IMG/VR virus record: IMGVR_UViG_2617270938_000003
DNA length: 14,887 nt
Reading direction: 5' to 3' (one strand)
Source of the DNA: a virus
Lineage: Duplodnaviria; Heunggongvirae; Uroviricota; Caudoviricetes
Shown piece by piece: positions 1 through 7,776 of this stretch (position 1 is its first letter; every line of letters starts with the position of its first letter). The position numbers and the translations under genes were made by a program. Under the pieces are notes generated by a model. It did no database searches and was not told the origin of the DNA. It saw only the letters and a program-made list of their open reading frames with translations.

Positions 1-11
1 GGAGCAGCAAA

Positions 12-374
12 ATGGCTAGCGAACGCAGTACTGATGTGCAGGCATTTATCGGGGAGCTGGACGGCGGCGTATTTGAAACCAAAATCGGCGCAGTTCTCAG
101 TGAAGTCGCTTCCGGTGTGATGAACACGAAAACCAAAGGTAAGGTCTCACTCAACCTGGAAATCGAACCATTTGATGAGAACCGTGTGAAAATCAAACAC
201 AAACTCTCATATGTTCGCCCGACTAACCGCGGGAAAATTTCCGAAGAAGACACCACCGAAACGCCGATGTATGTCAATCGCGGTGGTCGCCTGACTATTC
301 TGCAGGAAGACCAGGGACAATTACTGACTCTTGCCGGTGAACCTGACGGAAAACTCCGCGCAGCAGGTCATTAA
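12..374 (+). CDS. yfdP: Prophage early-region protein, YfdP-like (120 aa)
   Basis: ATG at 12 preceded by GGAG at 1-4. Length of 120 aa and position immediately upstream of a 274-aa and an HD-domain ~175-aa ORF reproduce the yfdP-yfdQ-yfdR order and sizes of E. coli CPS-53/KplE1 as I recall them. Symbol rests on that recollection, not a search. Confidence 0.5.
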   Translation: MASERSTDVQAFIGELDGGVFETKIGAVLSEVASGVMNTKTKGKVSLNLEIEPFDENRVKIKHKLSYVRPTNRGKISEEDTTETPMYVNRGGRLTILQEDQGQLLTLAGEPDGKLRAAGH

Positions 375-439
375 TATCGTTCTTAATTAACTGATTATTT
401 ATCTCATCACTGAATATCTTTATATAGTGAGGACTTATT

Positions 440-1264
440 ATGTCTCAGAACTTAGACGCAACCGCAATTAATCAAATCCATGCCCTTATTTCTGCTCAGG
501 GTGTTAATGAAATTATCAGTAAGATTGGTGCCGATGCTGTGGCATTGCCTGAGAATTTCCGCATTCATGATCTGGAAAAATTTAATTTAAATCGCTTCCG
601 TTTCCGTGGTGCGCTTTCCACTGCCAGCATCGATGACTTTACCCGTTATTCTAAAGATCTTGCGGATGAAGGCACCCGCTGCTTTATCGATGCCGATAAT
701 ATGCGTGCCGTCAGTGTGCTTAACCTAGGTACTATTGATGAGCCTGGTCACGCAGATAACACCGCCACTCTCAAACTGAAAAAGACAGCACCGTTCTCTG
801 CTCTGTTGTCTGTTAACGGCGAGCGTAACTCCCAGAAGTCACTGGCAGAATGGATTGAAGACTGGGCCGACTACCTTGTGGGCTTTGATGCTAATGGTGA
901 TGCCATTCAGGCAACAAAAGCGGCTGCGGCAGTCCGTAAAATCACGATTGAAGCAAACCAGACCGCTGATTTTGAAGACAATGACTTCAGCGGCAAACGC
1001 TCCCTGATGGAGTCTGTCGAAGCGAAGACCAAAGATATTATGCCAGTGGCATTTGAATTTAAATGCGTTCCGTTTGAAGGCCTGAAAGAACGTCCGTTTA
1101 AATTACGCCTCAGCATTATCACTGGCGATCGTCCTGTACTGGTTCTGCGCATTATTCAGCTGGAAGCAGTGCAGGAAGAAATGGCTAACGAATTTCGTGA
1201 TCTGCTTGTTGAGAAATTCAAGGACAGCAAAGTAGAAACCTTTATTGGTACTTTTACCGCCTGA
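440..1264 (+). CDS. yfdQ: Prophage protein, YfdQ-like (DUF2303-type), 274 aa
   Basis: ATG at 440 with GAGGA about 7 nt upstream. Uninterrupted 274-aa ORF with host-like codon usage; size and synteny match YfdQ between YfdP and YfdR. No catalytic motif recognised. Confidence 0.55.
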   Translation: MSQNLDATAINQIHALISAQGVNEIISKIGADAVALPENFRIHDLEKFNLNRFRFRGALSTASIDDFTRYSKDLADEGTRCFIDADNMRAVSVLNLGTIDEPGHADNTATLKLKKTAPFSALLSVNGERNSQKSLAEWIEDWADYLVGFDANGDAIQATKAAAAVRKITIEANQTADFEDNDFSGKRSLMESVEAKTKDIMPVAFEFKCVPFEGLKERPFKLRLSIITGDRPVLVLRIIQLEAVQEEMANEFRDLLVEKFKDSKVETFIGTFTA

Positions 1265-1276
1265 TTTCATTACTGC

Positions 1277-1298
1277 AAATGCCCCTGCGGGGGCATTT
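1277..1298 (+). terminator. GC-rich hairpin downstream of the yfdQ-like gene, possible weak terminator or RNA stability element
   Basis: Perfect 9-bp inverted repeat AAATGCCCC / GGGGCATTT around a 4-nt loop, 13 nt after the stop codon. Only a short T tract (TTT) follows, so intrinsic-terminator strength is uncertain. Confidence 0.3.
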
Positions 1299-1391
1299 AT
1301 GGAAACGTAATTGACTCAATAATCGCCGGATGGTGAGGGCTTTCTTTTACCAGAATTCAGCGCGGTGCAGCGCATATACGTGGAGAACAAA

Positions 1392-1916
1392 ATGTCATTT
1401 ATTAAAACTTTTTCCGGGAAGCATTTTTATTATGACAGGATAAATAAAGACGACATCGTTATTAACGATATCGCGGTTTCTCTTTCAAATATCTGTCGCT
1501 TTGCAGGACATCTTTCACATTTCTACAGCGTCGCCCAACATGCGGTGCTTTGCAGCCAACTGGTACCGCAGGAATTTGCTTTTGAAGCGTTAATGCATGA
1601 TGCAACAGAAGCGTATTGCCAGGACATCCCGGCGCCACTGAAACGCCTTCTTCCTGACTATAAACGGATGGAAGAAAAAATAGACGCCGTAATCCGTGAG
1701 AAATACGGGTTACCCCCGGTTATGAGTACGCCCGTGAAATATGCCGATCTCATCATGCTGGCAACCGAACGCCGCGATCTCGGGCTTGATGATGGCTCTT
1801 TCTGGCCCGTACTGGAAGGTATCCCGGCAACAGAGATGTTCAAAGTTATTCCACTGTCGCCAGGCCATACCTATGGGATGTTTATGGAACGCTTTAAAGA
1901 GTTAACTGAGTCGTAA
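1392..1916 (+). CDS. yfdR: HD-domain phosphohydrolase, YfdR-like (5'-deoxynucleotidase family)
   Basis: ATG at 1392 with GGAG 6 nt upstream; the track ORF begins at GTG 1365, and GTG 1380 would give 178 aa. The protein carries an H...HD metal-binding signature (AQHAVL ... LMHDATEAY) typical of HD hydrolases, and follows the yfdQ-like gene. Confidence 0.6.
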   Translation: MSFIKTFSGKHFYYDRINKDDIVINDIAVSLSNICRFAGHLSHFYSVAQHAVLCSQLVPQEFAFEALMHDATEAYCQDIPAPLKRLLPDYKRMEEKIDAVIREKYGLPPVMSTPVKYADLIMLATERRDLGLDDGSFWPVLEGIPATEMFKVIPLSPGHTYGMFMERFKELTES

Positions 1917-2024
1917 AAATCAGCACGTACGAATTCAAACTCTGCCATAAAAGAACATATAAGTAATTTATTAACATATAGATATAGGTTATATTACAAA
2001 TTGAAAAATTATTGGAGAGCAACA

Positions 2025-2891
2025 ATGAATCAAAATCCATTCTCATTCTATGACTTTCTTGGATATTTAATACCAGGTGGTTTTTTTATCCTATTAATGT
2101 ATTTCTGTGGTTTGACATTCGATCTAGATATTGTTATTGACTTAAGTGAATTGCTCAGAGGTCAAAGTCAAATCTTTGGCATTTTGAACTACGCTTCAAT
2201 AGTTATTATATCTTATATAGCTGGACATTTTATTTCTATCACGTCAGCATTTTTTATCGAAAAATACATGAATAAAGAATTAGGATATCCTTCCAAATAT
2301 CTATTTAAAAAATTGATAGATACCTCAGAAAGCATTTGTAGCCCATCCTGCGATGAGAGAAGCGCTGATAAAAAAACAAAAATAAAGAATCGCATAATCA
2401 AATGCGTATTATGTCCAATAATACTATGGGATTTTATAACACAAAAACTATGTTATTCTCAATCTCTACCATTTCATTTAGCTAATACAACATGGTTAAT
2501 GATCAAAGAAGGTTATGAGAAAAAGTTCATAACAAATCGCCAATTATTACAAGATAAAAACGGACTTGATGATGATCTCTTCAGATTGGCATATCATTAT
2601 GTTTATGAGTTTTCAAAACAACATCAAACAAAAATTCAAAACTATGTTGCATTATATGGTTTTTGCAGAAACATATGTTTAATCTTTATAATTTCATTTT
2701 GGGTATCAGTTCCAACCTTTATTTATCGATTATGTACTCATAGTGATTATCTTTATAGTTTACTTTCAATAATGCTTAGCTTTTTCTTCGTCTATGTTTT
2801 CTATGTTGGTTTTGTTAAATTTTATAGAAGATATACTTTAGAAGTATTAATGGCATTTGCTGTACTTCAAAGTAACGACATTATTCGTTAA
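2025..2891 (+). CDS. AT-rich polytopic inner-membrane protein of unknown function (prophage moron candidate)
   Basis: ATG at 2025 with GGAGA 6 nt upstream; the track ORF starts at TTG 2001. About four to five hydrophobic helices (e.g. FFILLMYFCGL, IVIISYIAGHFISITSAFFI, ICLIFIISFWVSVPTFIY, LSIMLSFFFVYVFYVGFV) flank a charged central segment. Codon usage is markedly more AT-rich than the flanking yfdR-like and xis/int genes. Confidence 0.6.
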   Translation: MNQNPFSFYDFLGYLIPGGFFILLMYFCGLTFDLDIVIDLSELLRGQSQIFGILNYASIVIISYIAGHFISITSAFFIEKYMNKELGYPSKYLFKKLIDTSESICSPSCDERSADKKTKIKNRIIKCVLCPIILWDFITQKLCYSQSLPFHLANTTWLMIKEGYEKKFITNRQLLQDKNGLDDDLFRLAYHYVYEFSKQHQTKIQNYVALYGFCRNICLIFIISFWVSVPTFIYRLCTHSDYLYSLLSIMLSFFFVYVFYVGFVKFYRRYTLEVLMAFAVLQSNDIIR

Positions 2892-2932
2892 TAATGTTGC
2901 TCCCGTGTGCAGACGGGATAATGGAGAAACGT

Positions 2933-3139
2933 ATGCTGAACCTCGATTGTGTTCCTATCTCAACTTATTGCAAAGAAACTGGCGAAACTCCTGAAGCAAT
3001 AAACAAACGTGTACAGCGCGGTGTTTGGCGTGAAGGTGTTCAGGTTTTAAAGGTTGAAGGCGTTAAGGAGAGGTGGATTGATCTTAGTGAGGTTGCAAAA
3101 TGGGCCAGACAAAACTGCTCAAACTACCGCGCGGCGTAA
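2933..3139 (+). CDS. Putative excisionase / small DNA-binding recombination directionality factor
   Basis: Small basic ORF directly upstream of, and overlapping by 40 nt, a tyrosine integrase gene. ATG at 2933 has GGAGA 5 nt upstream; alternative starts at 2894 and 2921. The W/R-rich C-terminal half (RGVWREGVQVLKVEGVKERWIDLSEVAKWAR) looks like Xis-type winged-helix proteins. Assignment is from position and composition, not a confirmed match. Confidence 0.5.
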   Translation: MLNLDCVPISTYCKETGETPEAINKRVQRGVWREGVQVLKVEGVKERWIDLSEVAKWARQNCSNYRAA

Positions 3140-4272
3140 CAATCAGGAAACACCGCCAGGGAGAAACGATCAATATAACTTTCACCTACAAAGGAGTTAG
3201 ATGTCGTGAGCCGCTTTCCAATCTGGAAGTAACACCAAAGAACATTAAATACGCCGAGCGTACACTCGGCGAAATCCATAATAAGATCGAAAGGGGAACA
3301 TTCATTTATGCAGAATATTTTCCCCGTTCTGCTCGTTTGAAAATTTTTGGTAATGCTGCTGCAGGCAAAACGGTAAAGATGTACCTGGACGAATATCTTG
3401 AAATCTGCGAAACAAGAAAACTTTCACCCTCTACGATTGGTGGCTATAAAAAATGCCGTAGTGCGTTAGCCTCACTTCACATTTGCCCTGCAAGTGAATT
3501 AACACCAGCAACCCTGAAAGCGTGGATTCAAAGCCAGAAAACAACCTTAAAAACCATTCGCAACCAGTTATCTTTCCTACGGTCAGCACTTGATGAAGCC
3601 GTGACCGATGGGGTACTTCAAATTAACCCCGTATCGTTAGTAACAGCTTCGCGCTACCAAAGTGATAAGTCAGAAGCAGAAAGCAGCTATGTGGTTGATC
3701 CGCTATCACCAGCAGAAGTTGATGCATTACTAGCAGCAGCCGGAAACAAACAATGGGAAAATCTGTTCCGGTTCGCCATACATACAGGCCTGCGTAGTTC
3801 TGAATTATGTGCCCTACGATGGCATGATATCGACTTTGTTGGAAAAACAGCCCATGTTCAGAGCGCAAGTGTTGTCGGAGTTATCAAAGGAACAAAGACA
3901 AAAGCCGGTACCCGTAAAGTTGAACTGACTGAAGAAGCAATGTTGGCGTTGATAAACCAGAAGCCATTTACATTCATGAAGGATGCTACTGTCTTTGAAG
4001 ATCCAAAGACCAATAAACCCTGGGCAAGTGCTGATGCAATTAGGAAAAAAGCATGGGTGCCAACATTGCGAAAAGCAGGTATTCGTTACAGAAACCCATA
4101 TCAAACCAGGCATACATTCGCCCCCAGCCATATCAGCCGGGGAGCAAACCTGTTTTGGCTTGCGGCTCAAATGGGCCATAAAGGGCCTGAAATGTTATTC
4201 AGGCACTATGGACAATACTTGAAAGAGTATGATGGGAGGGCAAGTATCAAGGATAAAAAGGCTTTATTTTAA
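3100..4272 (+). CDS. Phage tyrosine integrase (site-specific recombinase, lambda-Int superfamily)
   Basis: 390-aa ORF with GAGG 8 nt upstream. C-terminal catalytic signature of tyrosine recombinases is present: TGLRSSEL (box I Arg), HxxR in NPYQTRHTFA, and the nucleophile region GHKGPEMLFRHYGQY. The N-terminus resembles arm-binding domains. Confidence 0.85.
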   Translation: MGQTKLLKLPRGVTIRKHRQGETINITFTYKGVRCREPLSNLEVTPKNIKYAERTLGEIHNKIERGTFIYAEYFPRSARLKIFGNAAAGKTVKMYLDEYLEICETRKLSPSTIGGYKKCRSALASLHICPASELTPATLKAWIQSQKTTLKTIRNQLSFLRSALDEAVTDGVLQINPVSLVTASRYQSDKSEAESSYVVDPLSPAEVDALLAAAGNKQWENLFRFAIHTGLRSSELCALRWHDIDFVGKTAHVQSASVVGVIKGTKTKAGTRKVELTEEAMLALINQKPFTFMKDATVFEDPKTNKPWASADAIRKKAWVPTLRKAGIRYRNPYQTRHTFAPSHISRGANLFWLAAQMGHKGPEMLFRHYGQYLKEYDGRASIKDKKALF

Positions 4273-4881
4273 GTCATTATGCCAATCGTCTACTGTTTGA
4301 AACCAAATTTTTAACCTTTGCATAAAGGTACGATCCTTTTTGGGAGGATGGTACCTTTGAAAAGAAGTATGTAACGCTTCGATAACTCCCATACAAGCAT
4401 CAATTACTTCTTGTGCTTTAACCGGGCGATCGGCATCTGAAAGCTTGTGAGCGACCTCACAATCCAGAGTTGCTTTCTCTAGTACAGATGAGAACACCTC
4501 GTCAGGTATATACAGTCCTCTGCTTTCCAAAATGCAAATCAGTTTGGAAACTTGTTGAGCTTTAGCCAAGATAGTTAACAAGTATGAAACAGAAGCCTTT
4601 GTTCTATCCTTTTGCAACCTTAACAATCGATGCTTTGATGCTCTAATTTTAGGTTGAGTTGTCTGACTGAGCCAATAGTTAGAAGAAATATCAGAAATTT
4701 CAATAACTAACTTTGAAATAGCATCAATAATTGATTTCGATTCAGAACGTGTCGCCAGTTTTACAGAATTATTGTACGCAACTCGCCATCCAATGAAAAC
4801 TAAGCAGACGCTAACTACTGTGATACACCACGAATACTGTCCTATTTGTGCTACTAATGACATTGGTTCCGTACTGATCAA
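4264..4881 (-). CDS. Single-pass membrane protein, third gene of a GHKL-ATPase/STAS-like operon
   Basis: One N-terminal transmembrane helix (YSWCITVVSVCLVFIGW) followed by a soluble domain of about 170 aa. Probable TTG start at 4881 with AAGAGG 6 nt upstream (ATG alternative at 4863). A 10-nt gap separates it from the upstream gene; its 3' end overlaps the integrase stop convergently. Confidence 0.55.
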   Translation of the reverse strand: MISTEPMSLVAQIGQYSWCITVVSVCLVFIGWRVAYNNSVKLATRSESKSIIDAISKLVIEISDISSNYWLSQTTQPKIRASKHRLLRLQKDRTKASVSYLLTILAKAQQVSKLICILESRGLYIPDEVFSSVLEKATLDCEVAHKLSDADRPVKAQEVIDACMGVIEALHTSFQRYHPPKKDRTFMQRLKIWFQTVDDWHNDLK

Positions 4882-4891
4882 CTATCGCCTC

Positions 4892-5218
4892 TTATACTCT
4901 TTCTGGTTGTGCTAAATCAATAAATTTATCAATCTGTTCTTTGTAGAACGGAACATCACTTTTTATAATCAAACGTGCTTTAACGTTGGCTTTAGGTATC
5001 CCTTCCTTACGGATGAGACCTCCAAACGCCTCTTCTAAGAAAGAGGAACCAACACCCAGTGCTATACCGCGAAAATCAACCACAATCTCCTGTTCAGTAC
5101 CCTTCAGCGCAGGCACCAAAAACTCTCTACGAAATCTTTCCGCACTGTGTGGGCTATCCGTTGTGTAACGTCCGAAAGGTGTTCTGGAGAACTCCTTCGC
5201 TATGACGATATTTCTCAT
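4892..5218 (-). CDS. Small STAS-like (anti-sigma-antagonist-like, DUF4325-type) protein
   Basis: 108-aa ORF; ATG at 5218 with AGGAGA 7 nt upstream, lying inside the end of the upstream GHKL gene. The motif VVDFRGIALGVGSSFLEEAFGGL resembles the STAS/DUF4325 core. Fold assignment is from motif resemblance only. Confidence 0.55.
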   Translation of the reverse strand: MRNIVIAKEFSRTPFGRYTTDSPHSAERFRREFLVPALKGTEQEIVVDFRGIALGVGSSFLEEAFGGLIRKEGIPKANVKARLIIKSDVPFYKEQIDKFIDLAQPERV

Positions 5219-5222
5219 AAAA

Positions 5223-6134
5223 TCATCTCCTGGGAACCAGCGACCATTGTAGTAAAGTACCCGGTATGTACTCAGCTAGCTTCTCACATCGAGGACTACT
5301 GTCATTAGAATTATAGCTATAACGAGCCCTTCCTGTTAGTATCAGAAGTGTCTCATTATCCTCACAACCTGCCCCAATAGGTCTCTTGATATCTTCAGAG
5401 CCATTTCCCCGTCCGGAACCAACAAAGCGGGATTCCCCTACTAACATAGCTCTTTCCACAGAAGATACTTCGTTTTGAATGCTATGACCATCACCATTAG
5501 GCACGAAACTTCTATAAATCCCCAATCCAAGGTCACAAACGATAAAAACGACTTTATTTTCATCACGATTGAACCAAGCGCACTGCCACCATCGTTTACC
5601 TTTGAGAAGCTGAATATCTGACTCGAACCCCTCATCTTCATACGCATGATGAGAAACATTGAGCAAAGCTTCACTAATCGCTGTCAGCAGTAAGCCTAAC
5701 TGTTCATTATTAAGCAGAGCACTTTTCTGCAGCATGAGTACTGTTTCAACAATATGCTCGTAAGGTTCGACAGCTGACTGAAAGTATCGTTCCTCCCTCG
5801 TAAGTGCATTCAGTTTCTCTTCTGTGCCAGCAAGCAAAGCACGAGCAAGTCCAGTACCAACGATCCATCTATGCCCAGATGGGTTATCATCCTTTTTAGG
5901 CCATTTAAAACGTATAAAATTAGGGTCCCGGGTTAAAAATTGAGCTCTATTTACTATGGCAAAGAACAGTACCGATGCCGCAGCTGAGGCAAATTTTACC
6001 TTGGACAAATCAACTATAACTCGACCTTTATTTTTTACTCCAATCGATTCAATCGAGTTGATGAAGTTCAATGTCCCAGCCCTAGAATCATCTGAGTAAA
6101 TGCAAAATTTGCTTGGGGGTACCAGTATGGTCAT
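5223..6134 (-). CDS. GHKL-superfamily (HATPase_c) ATPase/kinase-like protein with N-terminal extension
   Basis: 303-aa ORF. All three Bergerat-fold motifs were read directly from the minus strand: N-box EALLNVSHHAY (5640-5672), G1 box DLGLG (5520-5534) and G2 box GSGRGNG (5400-5420). Residues 40-56 (VDLSKVKFASAAASVLF) resemble the STAS phospho-acceptor region. No strong SD at the ATG. Confidence 0.7.
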   Translation of the reverse strand: MTILVPPSKFCIYSDDSRAGTLNFINSIESIGVKNKGRVIVDLSKVKFASAAASVLFFAIVNRAQFLTRDPNFIRFKWPKKDDNPSGHRWIVGTGLARALLAGTEEKLNALTREERYFQSAVEPYEHIVETVLMLQKSALLNNEQLGLLLTAISEALLNVSHHAYEDEGFESDIQLLKGKRWWQCAWFNRDENKVVFIVCDLGLGIYRSFVPNGDGHSIQNEVSSVERAMLVGESRFVGSGRGNGSEDIKRPIGAGCEDNETLLILTGRARYSYNSNDSSPRCEKLAEYIPGTLLQWSLVPRR

Positions 6135-6286
6135 AGCGATGTCATTCTTATACGATGGATTTATAGATTATCTACTATTCATAGTTGGTTATGAAGACTG
6201 GGATATAACAGTAAAAGATACGTGTAAGATCCGCAAGATAGTTAATGTCGAAAAAAATCATTAATTACATCAAGTTAGTGATATTT

Positions 6287-6318
6287 GGACTCGGGTTCAA
6301 CTCCCGCCAGCTCCACCA
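6287..6318 (+). other. att core: copy of the 3' end of tmRNA (ssrA) without the rest of the gene
   Basis: GGACTCGGGTTCAACTCCCGCCAGCTCCACCA. The last 27 nt are identical to the 3' end (T-arm, acceptor stem, CCA) of E. coli tmRNA as I recall it; similarity decays upstream. The ~345 nt of tmRNA that should precede it are absent, since that space is intergenic and a protein-coding gene. Confidence 0.75.
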
Positions 6319-6352
6319 AATATTGATGTACTGAAGTTCAGTAAAGTCTACT

Positions 6353-6387
6353 AAGCCCGCACAGCACAAGCTCTGCGGGCTTTTTTA
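6353..6387 (+). terminator. Rho-independent terminator downstream of the tmRNA 3'-end copy
   Basis: Stem AAGCCCGCA / TGCGGGCTT (9 bp) with a 12-nt loop, immediately followed by TTTTTT at 6381-6386. Confidence 0.6.
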
Positions 6388-6484
6388 CGTCTATTGTAGT
6401 CTAGTGAGAATTGCTGAGAACTACGAGTTATGGCACCCTGAATGGGACCCACGAAGATGGGTCCTAAAATCGAGGGTCCCAAAC

Positions 6485-7714
6485 ATGGCCAAAATCGCTA
6501 AGAAGCTCACTGACACTGAAATCAAAAGCACCAAACCTGCCGAAAAAGAGGTTAACCTTTTTGACGGCGATGGTTTGCTGTTGCGAATCGCTCCCCTGGC
6601 GAAGGGAGGGAAGAAAAATTGGTATTTCAGATATGCAGTGCCTGTGACCAAAAAGCGAACTAAGGTGAGCTTAGGAACCTATCCTCACCTTACACTTGCG
6701 AAGGCACGAGCTTTACGTGATGAATACTTGTCGTTGCTTACAAATGGTATAGACCCCCAAGTTCATAACAACCAAAAAGCCAATGCACTGAAAGATGCCA
6801 CGGAACATACATTTCAAGCAGTAGCCAAGAAGTGGCTTGATGAGAAAGTCAAAACGTCAGGCATCTCCCAAGATCATGCTAACGACATCTGGCGAAGCCT
6901 AGAGAGAAATATCTTTTCCACATTGGGTGATACCCCAATTAAGGAGATTCGCCCTAAAATGCTTAAACAGCATTTAGAACCCATAGAAAAACGAGGTGTC
7001 CTTGAAACACTTCGCCGCATCATATCCCGCCTGAATGAAATTTTCCGCTATGCAGCAACAGAAGAACTCATAGAATTCAACCCGGCAGACAACCTGGGGC
7101 AACGGTTCAGCAAGCCAAAAAAACAGAATATGCCAGCATTACCCCCTTCCGAACTCCCTCGCTTCTTGGTTGCTCTAAACAATGCTTCTATCCGTTTGGA
7201 AACAAGGCTACTGATTGAGTGGCAACTTCTCACATGGGTTCGCCCAGGTGAAGCTGTTCGCACAAGATGGTCAGATATTGATATTGAAACTGGCATGTGG
7301 AACATCCCGGCGGAGTTTATGAAAATGAAGAAGCCTCACAAAGTTCCACTGAGCAAAGAAGCTTTGCGAGTTTTGGATTTAATGAAAGTCATCAGCGGGC
7401 ATAGAGAGTGGGTGTTCCCCAGTATCAAAGCTCCACTCAATCACATGCATGAACAAACAGCTAATGCGGCCATAATCCGTATGGGTTTCGGAGGTGAGCT
7501 TGTAGCTCACGGTATGCGATCCATTGCTAGAACGGCTGCTGAGGAGTCTGGCAAGTTTAGGACTGATGTCTTAGAAGCCGCCCTTGCCCACTCGAAGAAA
7601 GATGAAATAATTGCAGCCTACAATCGTGCAGAGTATCTCACTGAACGGGTGGTTCTCATGCAATGGTGGAGTGACTATGTTTCGTCTCAAAAATGCAAAG
7701 TTATTGCCGCATAA
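6485..7714 (+). CDS. intA: P4-type tyrosine integrase, IntA-like (CP4-57 family), tmRNA-associated
   Basis: From ATG 6485 (GAGGG upstream) the protein MAKIAKKLTDTEIKSTKP...NLFDGDGLLLRIAP...WYFRY...TKKRTKVSLGTYP aligns along its length with E. coli IntA as recalled (LTDTEIK, DGDGL, DIWRSLER, ALETLRR, KKNMP, MQWW). It sits immediately 3' of an ssrA 3'-end sequence as in E. coli. The track ORF starts at GTG 6404. Confidence 0.85.
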   Translation: MAKIAKKLTDTEIKSTKPAEKEVNLFDGDGLLLRIAPLAKGGKKNWYFRYAVPVTKKRTKVSLGTYPHLTLAKARALRDEYLSLLTNGIDPQVHNNQKANALKDATEHTFQAVAKKWLDEKVKTSGISQDHANDIWRSLERNIFSTLGDTPIKEIRPKMLKQHLEPIEKRGVLETLRRIISRLNEIFRYAATEELIEFNPADNLGQRFSKPKKQNMPALPPSELPRFLVALNNASIRLETRLLIEWQLLTWVRPGEAVRTRWSDIDIETGMWNIPAEFMKMKKPHKVPLSKEALRVLDLMKVISGHREWVFPSIKAPLNHMHEQTANAAIIRMGFGGELVAHGMRSIARTAAEESGKFRTDVLEAALAHSKKDEIIAAYNRAEYLTERVVLMQWWSDYVSSQKCKVIAA

Positions 7715-7776
7715 CTCTCCCATGATGGATTAACTATCTTGATTTAGTTAAAGAATTAATAATCACACCATTAACC

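Noticed and set aside
907-1152. Antisense or overlapping ORFs inside the yfd-like genes and the first integrase (907-1152 -, 1658-1843 -, 2213-2401 -, 3623-3868 -, 3814-4179 -, 3983-4222 +)
   Set aside because: Each lies wholly inside a longer, better-supported gene on the other strand or frame, lacks a ribosome-binding site, and has biased low-complexity composition typical of shadow ORFs.
6135-6318. Possibility that a complete tmRNA (ssrA) gene is present and should be annotated as an ncRNA
   Set aside because: Only the terminal ~27-32 nt match tmRNA. The ~330 nt upstream that would have to contain the tmRNA 5' domain, pseudoknots and tag reading frame are an intergenic promoter region and the 5' end of a protein-coding gene with no resemblance to the tmRNA 5' sequence. 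It is annotated as an att-core fragment instead.
4986-7305. Embedded ORFs inside the STAS-like gene, the GHKL gene and intA (4986-5168 +, 5441-5674 -, 6421-6651 -, 7048-7305 -)
   Set aside because: All are shadow frames of the well-supported genes; 5441-5674 is a same-strand alternative frame within the GHKL gene, which contains the validated N/G1/G2 motifs in the annotated frame.
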